Shown here in pieces: positions 37,906 to 47,975 of a DNA stretch of 64,000 nucleotides. The stretch covers positions 11,643 through 75,642 of the forward strand of contig JAUCBJ010008603.1 of assembly GCA_032718475.1 (NCBI GenBank). Direction: 5' to 3'. The notes below the pieces were generated by a model. The model had not been told where the DNA came from and did not search any database. It worked only from the letters and a program-made list of their open reading frames with translations. Position 1 is the first letter of the stretch. Every line of letters begins with the position of its first letter. The translations under genes and the position numbers were made by a program. The stretch is from Nemertoderma westbladi. Lineage: Eukaryota; Animalia; Xenacoelomorpha.

Positions 37906-40900
37906 ATGAGTGAGTCGGGCGAGACACCACCGCGGACCCCGGACGAAGACCTAACGATCCGCGAGGCCGCGACCAAACGATACAGGCCCACGACGCCGGA
38001 GCCATCGATAACGGGCGAACCGGAAGCACAGGACGAGGAGGGCCTGGAACCCGAAGTCGAGCCAAGAGAGAAAGAGAGCGAGACGGAGGGAGAAGGAGAT
38101 GAGTCAACACGGGACGGAGGACGGCGCGCCGATGTCGCCGGCCAGCTACCGGCCGAGGGCGACGAGCGGCCCACCGAACCGGTGGGGCCGACGGTGCGAC
38201 GCCGGACGCGAAGAGATGGAGGAGAGATTGGTACCGATGTCGCCGGCCAGCTACAGGCCGAGGGCGACGGACGGCCCACCGGAACGGCGACGGTGGAGCC
38301 GCCGGTACGACGTCGGACCCAGAGGGACGGAGGAGAGGTCGGCGACGAGGACGTCGGGGTTTCTGAGCGACTTCGACGGGCCTACAACGCGACCCGGAAG
38401 CTGATAAACGACGCCAAGAAGGAAGGGGCGAAGGTAGACGAGGTGAGACTGAGAAAGCGACTAGGTGAGTCGGATAGACACTTAAATTACCTGATACGTT
38501 TTGGGCAGAGAGAACTAGCCGGGGAGAGAGCAAAGGGAATTGCAGGCGAACTGTTTGAACTATGGGAGTGTGGGTGTATGGGACCTAGCATAGCGTCAGT
38601 GTACATAGGGCCATACTTAATCGATGCCCGGGGAGTAAAACCGGTGGGTTGGAGGGGACTCGAAGGGGGCGAATCCGAGGTTAACACCGAGGATTCGGCC
38701 TCGTCGGTCGGAGAAAGCTCCGGGAAGCGGGGGAAAGTTAGTAGGTCGGGAAGGCGGGGGAAGTCCGTCGTAACCGATAAGTCTGTTACATCCTCCGCGA
38801 AAGAAAGAGCGGTGAGGAAAATAGGAGCCGCATACCGTCTCAGCATGGCAGAGCAAGGTCAGAGAGAAATGAAGGAACGGCTAGAGGAGGGAAGAGTGCG
38901 GTTAGAGAGGGAAACGGTATTGCTTAGAGAAACCGGAGAAAGGGCCGAAAGGGCTTTGAAAAGCCTAAGGGAGTATGATGAGATAGAGGAAAGGGAGTGT
39001 AGGGAGCGTGAAGCGAGAGAGGAAAGGGAACGCAGAGAGCGTGAGGCAAGGGAGGACGAGGAACGCAAGGAACGTGAGGCAAAAGGGGAAGAGGAACGCA
39101 AGGAACGTGAGGCAAAAAGGGAAAAGGAACGCAAGGAATATGAGACGAGAAAGGAAAAGGAACGCAAAGAGCGTGAGGCGAGACGAAGGGAGAGCATTAA
39201 GAGTGCCGCAGACTCGGCCATCAAGGACACCCAGGAGCGTGAGGGGAAAATGGCAGAGAGTGAAAAAGAGCGCAAGGAATTAGAGAAACGGCAGAGTGAG
39301 TTTGCGGGAAATATAATTAGAGGGGAGCACGAGTTGGAATACGTGCGAGCGACGCCGTCTGAAACCGGGGCCGGCTCGAGTATTTTTGAGGAGCCGAGGG
39401 CCGTAGATATATTTATTAATACTCCACTGACAGGGACCGCACGACAGACCCAAAACTGGTGCGACCGTACGGGCGGGGGGGGGTAATAATAATGGTACAG
39501 TAGACGTTGTTGATATTAATAGTACCGTATGGGATAACGCTAATCAAACCTTTATTACAGGAAATACTTTGCCTAGTGGTAGTAATTTAAATTTAAATCA
39601 GAACAATCCCAGTGTTAATGTAGAAAATAATCCTAATATTGATGTAGTTACGCAAAATAATTCAAATAATCAAAATAATAACTCGAATTCGGACCTACAA
39701 AATAACTTAAATAACGCAATTACACAGAATAATTCGAATAATTCAAATAATGATCTTAGCCCGAGTTTACAAAATAATTCAGATAACGTAGTCGCGCAGA
39801 ATAATACAAATGATTTTGTTTCAAATGAGCAAATTAATTCCGTTTCCAATATGGGTGCTATTAATGTAAACACGTCGGGCCTACGTAACCAGGGAGCAGA
39901 GGGCCTGGTAGGCCACGTAGTTAGTAGACAGGGAGCAGAGGGCCTGGTAGGCCACGTAGTTAGTAGACAGGGAGCAGAGGGCCTGGTAGGCCACGTAGTT
40001 AGTAGACAGGGAGCAGAGGGCCTGGTAGGCCGCGTGGTTGGTAGGCAGGGAGTAGAGGGCCTGGAAGGCCACGCAATAGCAGAGGGAGAGGCGGGGGTGA
40101 ACAGACCCGACTGTGGTAGGGTTGATCTGTCGACTAGAGAGATATATAGTGGCGGGGCGAGAGGTAGCGAAGTAGAATGTAGCGGGTGGGGGGGGGGCTA
40201 CAAGGGCCCCACAACAGAGAGTTAGCGGCGAGAGGGGGGGGGGCAGAGAGTGTCCCACAGCCGTCAGCGGACAATGCGAGGGCCGAACAAGGTAAACCGC
40301 AACAACCGGCGACGGAAAGTAATAGGGGGATTGCGAGTATCCCCAGCGACGTGCGATCGAGCAGAGAAAGGCAGGTTGACGTCGCGGGAGGGCAGACGGA
40401 GCGTCGAGCCCGATCAGAGGAGGAAAGAAGAACAGTGGGGTTTAACCGGGAGGTCGACGAGAGATCTCGTGAGCGGGAATACTCCACTGATAGGAGAAGA
40501 GAGGAAGACAGTAGTAGAAGTATCGCCGCAAACGATAGAAGAGCGAGGACGGACAGCGAGCCGTCGGTAGTCGAGATGAGAACGGAGAGTCAGTGGGGTC
40601 GGACTCCGGGAGATTGCCGTCGCCCCGGAGGGATGCGATCCGGTGAGACGCATTACACGCCGAGAGAGGGGTACGCGATGTACCGGTACGAAGATGAAAA
40701 CAGTGGAGAGGGGGGTCGAAGAGAAACTTTCCGACGGAATATACCTACCGATCGAGAATACGGTAGCCGCGGGGAGGATTATTCGAGAAGAATAAACTTC
40801 AATCCCGAGCAACACATGCAGACTGTAGGGCATACTGTAGGTCTTACTGCACATACCGTAGGCCATACTGAGAGAGGCAATGTAGGCGATAGGATAGCGC

Positions 40901-41110
40901 GGACAACGGGATTAAACCCGGAAGTCGCGGAATACATACCGGCGAGTAGGCCAGAAGCTGATAGGCCTATACCGGTACCAGCACAGCAGTATGACTACAG
41001 CATGCAGGGACATAACATATACCCAGGGGAGGGGGGAATTATTGCGGATAGGTGTATGGGCCCCAACATATTAACATCAACCCCAGTACCAGACATACCG
41101 GTGGGGGGGG
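37906..41110 (+). CDS. Long low-complexity N-terminal extension of gag (coiled-coil, Asn-rich, 13-aa repeats), split into three frames at poly-G runs
   Basis: ORFs 37906-39486, 39569-40225 and 40186-41184 switch frame at the G runs near 39480, 40190 and 41105 and lead into the gag-pol frame. Confidence 0.6.
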
Positions 41111-44100
41111 GGGACAGGGTGACATTCCCCCATCACAATATCAACAATATACCCCGACAGGAACAAGAACAACGAGACCCCTAGATGAAAACAGGTCGTG
41201 TGATACAGACATATGGAGGGGGCCGCTACCCCCGATGACATATCCGAGTCAGAGAAGATCAAGAAATAGGACGGACGAACCGCACCAGACAGGGGAAACT
41301 ATACAGCACCCGTCGAATCCATTAGAAGCGCAGGCAATGGGGATGGCCACGTTGATCGATGCGTTGAAAACGAGGATCGAATTACCACCCGTGGAACCGT
41401 TCAAATTCGATGGGAGCAGGCCGGAAGAATACTTACAGTTTCGGCGAATGTATAGTAACGAAATACTAACAAAAAACTTGACGCAGGCGGAGTGCCTAAA
41501 GTATCTACAAGTATACACGGGAGGCCCAGCATACGACATCGTGAGGCAATATCAGGGAATAGAGGGCGGCTTCACGACAGCATGGCGGGCACTGGATAGG
41601 GAATACGGGCACCCGGCCAAGATCATCAGGCAAACGCTGAGAGGCATAACATCGGGTGGCCTACAGGATAATCCCGTTAGCATTAAGACGTTTGCTAACA
41701 AAGTCGAGAAGGCGCTGATCGTGCTGAAGACGCTAGACGCGCCATACGAGCTCAACGCGTCCAATAACATCACCACGATAGCGCAGGCACTACCGAGCTG
41801 GCTGCGCAACAAATGGAGGAAGATCGCTTTCTCCACCCGAGACAAGAAGGGTGCGGAACCAGGTTTAGAAGAAATGTCAAACTTCTTAAATTACGAGGCT
41901 GAACTAATAACTGACCCAGTCTATAGCGAAGACAGCCTGGGAAAGGGACCAAAGACAGACTACCATAGACCAAAGCCAGAGCACAACACATCGAACGCAT
42001 TACCGAGACTCAGGCAATCATTGCCGTATGCAGCGACGCAGGGGACTGCAAGTCCACAGACAAACGAAGATAAGACAACATCAAGGGACGGACAGGGGAA
42101 CAATAACAACATGAATAAACATAACCCCAGTACGTCCAGTAGGCCAAACCCAGTCAATAAGAATAGTAGGGACTTTGGTACGAATATAACTGCGATACGC
42201 AATGCATTGTATAAAGAGGGCTACGACCCAAAGAGCAAATGCCAGTTACACGCAAATGCGCTTCATAAAACTATGAATTGCAGGTACTGGCAGGCGCTAC
42301 CGAGGCAAGACCAGATAGATTACGCGTCGAGCAATAAAATCTGCTCGCGATGTGTGAAGAGTGGACACAAGGCCAGGGAATGCCAAGAGAAGCCGGTCAA
42401 GTTTGGCCAAAGGAGAGGCCAGACGATGGCAACGAGCACAGTAGGGGCGAAGAAGAGAGGAACAGTGCTACTTGGAGTAGTACCAGTACGAGTGATCGGG
42501 GAAGGCAATCGATCAGTAACAACACTAATGCTGGTTGATAGTGGAGCTGCCTTCACATTAGTTGAGGAATGGGTAGCCGAAGAAATAGGGTTGAGAACGA
42601 GGCCAAGCAGGATGGCGGTGACAACCATCTCTAGCAAAGACGAGATCCTAGAGATGAGGACAGGACGGTGCGCAATTGCAGCAGTGGCACCAGGATGCGA
42701 TTATGGGGCAACCATCGACCCCATCCAAGTAATAGAGTCAATTAACATCAATGCCAGGCGGCCAACCAACATCGAGGTCGAGCAATACAAATTCCTGGAC
42801 AACATTGACTTCTCAATCCCAGACGTGGACGTTGGGAAGGTATCCATCATAGTAGGCATGGACTGCCCAACGGCCCACGAGAGAATGCAAACGGTCTTCG
42901 GCGAAGACAAGCAGAGCGACCCGGTGGCCATATTAACGCCATTCGGGTGGACGCTGAGTGGTCCAATTAAGAGCAAGATACCATTCAGGATGTCGGAGAC
43001 ATCAGGATGCATGTTCGCGGGAACAATGCAGGAAATGGGTGACGAGGGAGCAGAGGAGCAGCTTAAAAGACTGCTCAGACAAGACTTCGAGGGACTGAAA
43101 GAGACCGGGGTCGGGACCTCGGTAGAAGACAAGCAGGCTCTACAAAGTGTGGAGGAATCGATGACGTGTGATGAGGGGCGGTATACAATAGGAATGGTAT
43201 GGAAACTACCGAAGATACCGCTACCCGATAATAGAGGGATGGTACTCACGAGACTCCGCAAGCTGAAACAAACACTACAACGGAGCCCCGAGAAGAACGA
43301 GTACATTCACAAAACGATCAAGAAGTACGTCGAGAAGGGATGGGCCGTGGAGTTACCGGTCGACGAACCGAACACGGACAGGACATACTACCTGCCACTC
43401 CACGTAGCTTTAGACCCAAAGAAAGGTAAACTTAGGATGGTAGTCGATGCATCGGCAAAGACCGACGGAAAGTGCTTAAACGATTACCTACTAGAGGGCC
43501 CAAACATATACAATTCGGGCATAGAAGTACTACTTAGATTTAGGAATGGGAAACACGCCTTCACGTGTGACATAGAAGGCATGTTCAACCAAGTCCGAGT
43601 AACAGAGGAAGATAGCGATAGTCAACGCTTCTTATGGTATAACGGCGAAGAAGAACCGCCTATAATACCGGCATATAAGATGGTAGTACAAAACATGGGG
43701 GCCAAGTCGTCCTCATTTACGACGACTATGGCAGTGAGAGACACGGTAAAAGGGAAGGAAGATAGATATAGCAGTAGGGCCGTCGATATGATCAGACGCG
43801 GCTTCTACGTAGACGACGGTATGGAGTCTGGAAATACGGTTGAGGAGATACTGGAAACAGGGCGCGAGGTTCGCGACATCCTGAAAGGATCCGGCTTCAA
43901 CCTGACCAAATTCCAATCCAGTTCAGAAGAATTCATCAAGGAAATAGAAGACAAGAAACCAGAATCGACCATGGACAACCCTACAACAGCCAAAGGACAG
44001 GACATGGCGATTAAGAGAACGGAATCCCAGCAGAAGGCATTGGGAATCGTGTGGGATAGGAAAACAGACGAACTGAAGTATCAGCTGAGCCAGGAGGGCG

Positions 44101-46442
44101 CGGACACCCATACGAAGAGGGGTTATGTATCGTATATAGCAAGGATATACGATCCCCTAGGCCTAGCATCCCCACTACTAATCACGGGGAAACAGATACT
44201 CAAGAGAGTATATAAATTGAAGGATGAGTGGGATGTAGAGGTACCAGAGGACATCAAGAAACAGTGGAGCAAATGGACAGGGGACTTGGAGAGGATGGGA
44301 ACATACAACATGCCGCGAGTGTATTTTCCGGACGGGAACATGACGAGTCTGGACTTACATATGTTCTCCGACGCGTCGTTAGAGGCATACGGAGCGGCAC
44401 TCTATTTGGTACAGCGGGAGGGGCCTCACAAGCCCAGACTAGCCTTTAGCAAAGCTAAGTCAACGCCGCCAGATTCAGCATCTGTTCCCAAGCTAGAATT
44501 GACAGCTGCGAGACTAGGAGTTAGAGCCACAGCCTACCTAGTGGATACAATTCCCAACATAGTGGAGACACACTACTGGACGGACTCCATGGTAGTGCTT
44601 GGTTGGCTACACAACGAAAAGACGAGATACCCGATATTCGTCGCGAATAGAGTGGACGAAATAAGGGCGAGCACAGAACTGGAAAGGTGGCACTACTGCC
44701 CAACAGATGAGAACCCAGCGGACTTGCTGTCGAGGGGCGTGGAACGCCACACTTTCCTGAAGAAGGAAGTATTGTGGCAACATGGGCCACAATTTCTGAG
44801 CGATAGAGAGGCCTGGCCGCCGATGAAGAAGGTGGACCCGGGCTCGGAACCAGTATCAGAAGGAGAGGGAGATTCAGAGGGAGAAGAGATATACTCCCAG
44901 ATGGTGAGGGAGATTAGGGACGTGCAACCAGGAAGGGAACTGTGCGATAACCCGACGGATAAACTCCTCAGCTACAGTTCTAGTTGGTATAAGACCAAGA
45001 AACTAGTGGCGTACTGGAGAGCCTTTGGGAATTTCCTTGCGGGAGTCGGCAAGGACAAGAAGACCAGGACAACCATAGATCTGGAAGGAGCGGCCAAGGC
45101 AGTGATCCGCTATGAACAACGCAAGAACTACGGCGACGAGGTGGAACGTGTCGGTAACCAACAGCACCTCCGACGGGATAGCGAGTTGATCACGCTGTCG
45201 CCACAACTCAACAAGGATGGGATCCTAGTAATGAATTCTAGGGTGGGATATAACAACAGTATAGTCGTGCCACCGAAACCCATCATCATTCCCACAGGAT
45301 CGCCTATAGTCCACCAGATCATATGGGACTCCCACAAATCGATACTGCATGGGGGCACCAACCGAACCCTCACAGAGATAAGAAGGACCTATTGGGTCAA
45401 ACAATTAAGGAAAAAGGTGAAAGCGGTAGTGGGGCAGTGCCAGACCTGCCGACGAGCGAAGAAGGAGCGAGCCGTACAGGAGATGGCGCCACTACCGGCG
45501 AGTAGGGTAAGACAGCACGACCCGCCATTTACGCATTGCGGTGTGGACATGTTCGGGCCGATAAAGATCAAAGTGATGCGACACACGGAGAAACGTTACG
45601 GCATTATCTTCGTATGCAACAATACGCGGGCGGTGGGGATAGAACTCGCCCAAGATGCAACCGCATCAGCGTTCATTAACGCCTTAGAAAGGTTTAGGGA
45701 CCGCAAGGGTGGGACGATCGCAGTGATATACAGCGACAACGGCACCAACTTTGTGGGCGCAGAGAGTGAGATGGCAGAGGCCTTGGACATCTTAGAAGGA
45801 GAAGAAGTCAGGGCGGCCATGAGAAGACGACAAGTAAAGTGGGAGAGAAGGACGCCGTATGCACCACATACACTAGGATGCGTCGAGAGATTGGTGGGCA
45901 GTTCAAAGCGTCTAATGACGAAGTTAATGAACACCCACATGGTCACTGAGGACGTTTTACGAACAGTACTTGCGAAGTGCGAGGGGATCATTAATAGCAG
46001 ACCGCTATATCCGGAGAATGATGACCCTGAGTCATTAGACGTGTTGACGCCTAGCCATTTTCTAATGGAAAGGCCAGCGACCATCGATATGCGGGGTGTA
46101 GACCCAGATGACATACATTCCCGCCAGAGTTGGAAAGTCGCTAAAGCAATAAGCGCAGAGTATTGGAGGAGGTGGGTAGAAGAATACCTACCCACGCTCC
46201 ATAAGCGAAGCAAGTGGAGGAAGCCAAACAGGGAGTTAAGAGAGGGAGATCTCGTAATCGTCACGGATGATACTATCATCAACAACCAATGGCGGTTGGC
46301 GAGAGTTGTAGGCACCTACTCCAACGAGGACGGAAGAGTCCGATCGGTAGAAGTGCGGATAGGTGGAAAGATAGGTGCGAAGGACAGAAAAACCTACAGG
46401 AGAGCGGTAGGTAAATGCTGTCTCTTAGAAGGAGCACCTTAG
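41052..46442 (+). CDS. BEL/Pao gag-pol polyprotein
   Basis: Gag KFDG region, zinc knuckle CSRCVKSGHKAREC, protease LVDSGA, RT YYLPLH/RMVVDAS/DIEGMF/YVDD, RNase H FSDAS, integrase GVDMFGP/SDNGTNF/ERLVG. Confidence 0.95.
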   Translation: MYGPQHININPSTRHTGGGGGQGDIPPSQYQQYTPTGTRTTRPLDENRSCDTDIWRGPLPPMTYPSQRRSRNRTDEPHQTGETIQHPSNPLEAQAMGMATLIDALKTRIELPPVEPFKFDGSRPEEYLQFRRMYSNEILTKNLTQAECLKYLQVYTGGPAYDIVRQYQGIEGGFTTAWRALDREYGHPAKIIRQTLRGITSGGLQDNPVSIKTFANKVEKALIVLKTLDAPYELNASNNITTIAQALPSWLRNKWRKIAFSTRDKKGAEPGLEEMSNFLNYEAELITDPVYSEDSLGKGPKTDYHRPKPEHNTSNALPRLRQSLPYAATQGTASPQTNEDKTTSRDGQGNNNNMNKHNPSTSSRPNPVNKNSRDFGTNITAIRNALYKEGYDPKSKCQLHANALHKTMNCRYWQALPRQDQIDYASSNKICSRCVKSGHKARECQEKPVKFGQRRGQTMATSTVGAKKRGTVLLGVVPVRVIGEGNRSVTTLMLVDSGAAFTLVEEWVAEEIGLRTRPSRMAVTTISSKDEILEMRTGRCAIAAVAPGCDYGATIDPIQVIESININARRPTNIEVEQYKFLDNIDFSIPDVDVGKVSIIVGMDCPTAHERMQTVFGEDKQSDPVAILTPFGWTLSGPIKSKIPFRMSETSGCMFAGTMQEMGDEGAEEQLKRLLRQDFEGLKETGVGTSVEDKQALQSVEESMTCDEGRYTIGMVWKLPKIPLPDNRGMVLTRLRKLKQTLQRSPEKNEYIHKTIKKYVEKGWAVELPVDEPNTDRTYYLPLHVALDPKKGKLRMVVDASAKTDGKCLNDYLLEGPNIYNSGIEVLLRFRNGKHAFTCDIEGMFNQVRVTEEDSDSQRFLWYNGEEEPPIIPAYKMVVQNMGAKSSSFTTTMAVRDTVKGKEDRYSSRAVDMIRRGFYVDDGMESGNTVEEILETGREVRDILKGSGFNLTKFQSSSEEFIKEIEDKKPESTMDNPTTAKGQDMAIKRTESQQKALGIVWDRKTDELKYQLSQEGADTHTKRGYVSYIARIYDPLGLASPLLITGKQILKRVYKLKDEWDVEVPEDIKKQWSKWTGDLERMGTYNMPRVYFPDGNMTSLDLHMFSDASLEAYGAALYLVQREGPHKPRLAFSKAKSTPPDSASVPKLELTAARLGVRATAYLVDTIPNIVETHYWTDSMVVLGWLHNEKTRYPIFVANRVDEIRASTELERWHYCPTDENPADLLSRGVERHTFLKKEVLWQHGPQFLSDREAWPPMKKVDPGSEPVSEGEGDSEGEEIYSQMVREIRDVQPGRELCDNPTDKLLSYSSSWYKTKKLVAYWRAFGNFLAGVGKDKKTRTTIDLEGAAKAVIRYEQRKNYGDEVERVGNQQHLRRDSELITLSPQLNKDGILVMNSRVGYNNSIVVPPKPIIIPTGSPIVHQIIWDSHKSILHGGTNRTLTEIRRTYWVKQLRKKVKAVVGQCQTCRRAKKERAVQEMAPLPASRVRQHDPPFTHCGVDMFGPIKIKVMRHTEKRYGIIFVCNNTRAVGIELAQDATASAFINALERFRDRKGGTIAVIYSDNGTNFVGAESEMAEALDILEGEEVRAAMRRRQVKWERRTPYAPHTLGCVERLVGSSKRLMTKLMNTHMVTEDVLRTVLAKCEGIINSRPLYPENDDPESLDVLTPSHFLMERPATIDMRGVDPDDIHSRQSWKVAKAISAEYWRRWVEEYLPTLHKRSKWRKPNRELREGDLVIVTDDTIINNQWRLARVVGTYSNEDGRVRSVEVRIGGKIGAKDRKTYRRAVGKCCLLEGAP

Positions 46443-46554
46443 AGCGGAGTTAGAGTGGAGTTTAGTCGTCCAAGTTTTGGACTGAGGGGGGTGGGATTGA
46501 GGGCGAGACGCCCTTCCCACACAAATAAAAATAAAATAAAATAAAAAAAATAAT

Positions 46555-47470
46555 AGTTAATTAGTTAGTAGGTACGTAGTACCTAGAGTTAGTTAGTTAG
46601 TAGGTACGTAGTGCCTAGAGTTAGTTAGTTAGTAGGTACGTAGTGCCTAGAGTTAGTTAGTCAGTAGGTACGTAGTACCTAGAGTTAGTTAGTTAGTAGG
46701 TACGTAGTGCCTAGAGTTAGTTAGTTAGTAGGTACGTAGTACCTAGAGTTAGAGAGTTAGTAGGTACGTAGTACCTAGAGTTAGTTAGTTAGTAGGTACG
46801 TAGTACCTAGAGTTAGAGGGTTAGTAGGTACGTAGTACCTAGAGTTAGTTAGTTAGTAGGTACGTAGTACCTAGAGTTAGAGGGTTAGTAGGTACGTAGT
46901 ACCGATAGTTAGAGAGTTAGTAGGTACGTAGTACCTAGTTAGAGTTAGAGTTAGAGGGTACGTAGTACCGATAGTTAGAGAGTTAGTAGGTACGTAGTAC
47001 CAATAGTTAGTTAGTTAGAGGGTACGTAGTACCGATAGTTAGAGAGTTAGTAGGTACGTAGTACCTAGTTAGAGTTAGAGTCAGAGGGTACGTAGTACCG
47101 ATAGTTAGAGAGTTAGTAGGTGCGTAGTACCTAGTTAGAGTTAGAGTTAGAGGGTACGTAGTACCGATAGTTAGAGAGTTAGAGGGTACGTAGTACCAAT
47201 AGTTAGTTAGAGTTAGAGGGTACGTAGTACCGATAGTTAGAGAGTTAGTAGGTACGTAGTACCTAGTTAGAGTTAGAGTTAGAGGGTACGTAGTACCAAT
47301 AGTTAGTTAGTTAGAGGGTACGTAGTACCGATAGTTAGAGAGTTAGTAGGTACGTAGTACCTAGTTAGAGTTAGAGTTAGAGGGTACGTAGTACCAATAG
47401 TTAGTTAGAGTTAGTAGGTACGTAGTACCTAGTTAGAGTTAGAGTTAGTAGGTACGTAGTACCATTAGTT
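46555..47470. repeat. Hairpin-forming ~26-32-bp tandem array inside the LTR element, between pol and ORF3
   Basis: Core taggtac-gta-gtaccta inverted repeat separated by agtt/agag spacers. Confidence 0.9.
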
Positions 47471-47975
47471 AGAGAGAGAGAGTGAGAGATAAAAGGGGTA
47501 AATAGGATATAGATATTAGTTAGCAGTAAGCAGAGTTAGTAGCGAGAGGGGGGCATATGAGTACAGCTGGATAAATCGTGTGGCCACACGACGCATACTG
47601 CTGTACTGCATAGGCCCACTGAGTAGGCCAGAATATGGATCAGAGAGAGAATAGAATAAATCCATAGGCAGTAGTAAGTAGTAGGACAGTAGAATCAAAG
47701 CAAAATAAATAAATAAATAGAATAGGGCAAAAATCGGAAAATAGTGGTAACACAAGGAAAGTCGTTCTAGAACATAATAAAAGTAACGGACAGAAATTGT
47801 AAATTAGGCTGATTTACTAGCTCCGAAATTAATTAGATTAAATTAAGCTTGAAAGGCGCAGTTAAGTAGAAAAGTAGGCCATTATCGAACTGTACGAAAC
47901 ATCTTAATACATCACTCATCTGTATTGCGCCTTGGTAAGGCACCACTCTACAGGTGAGCGAGTGTAGTGTTCGGA

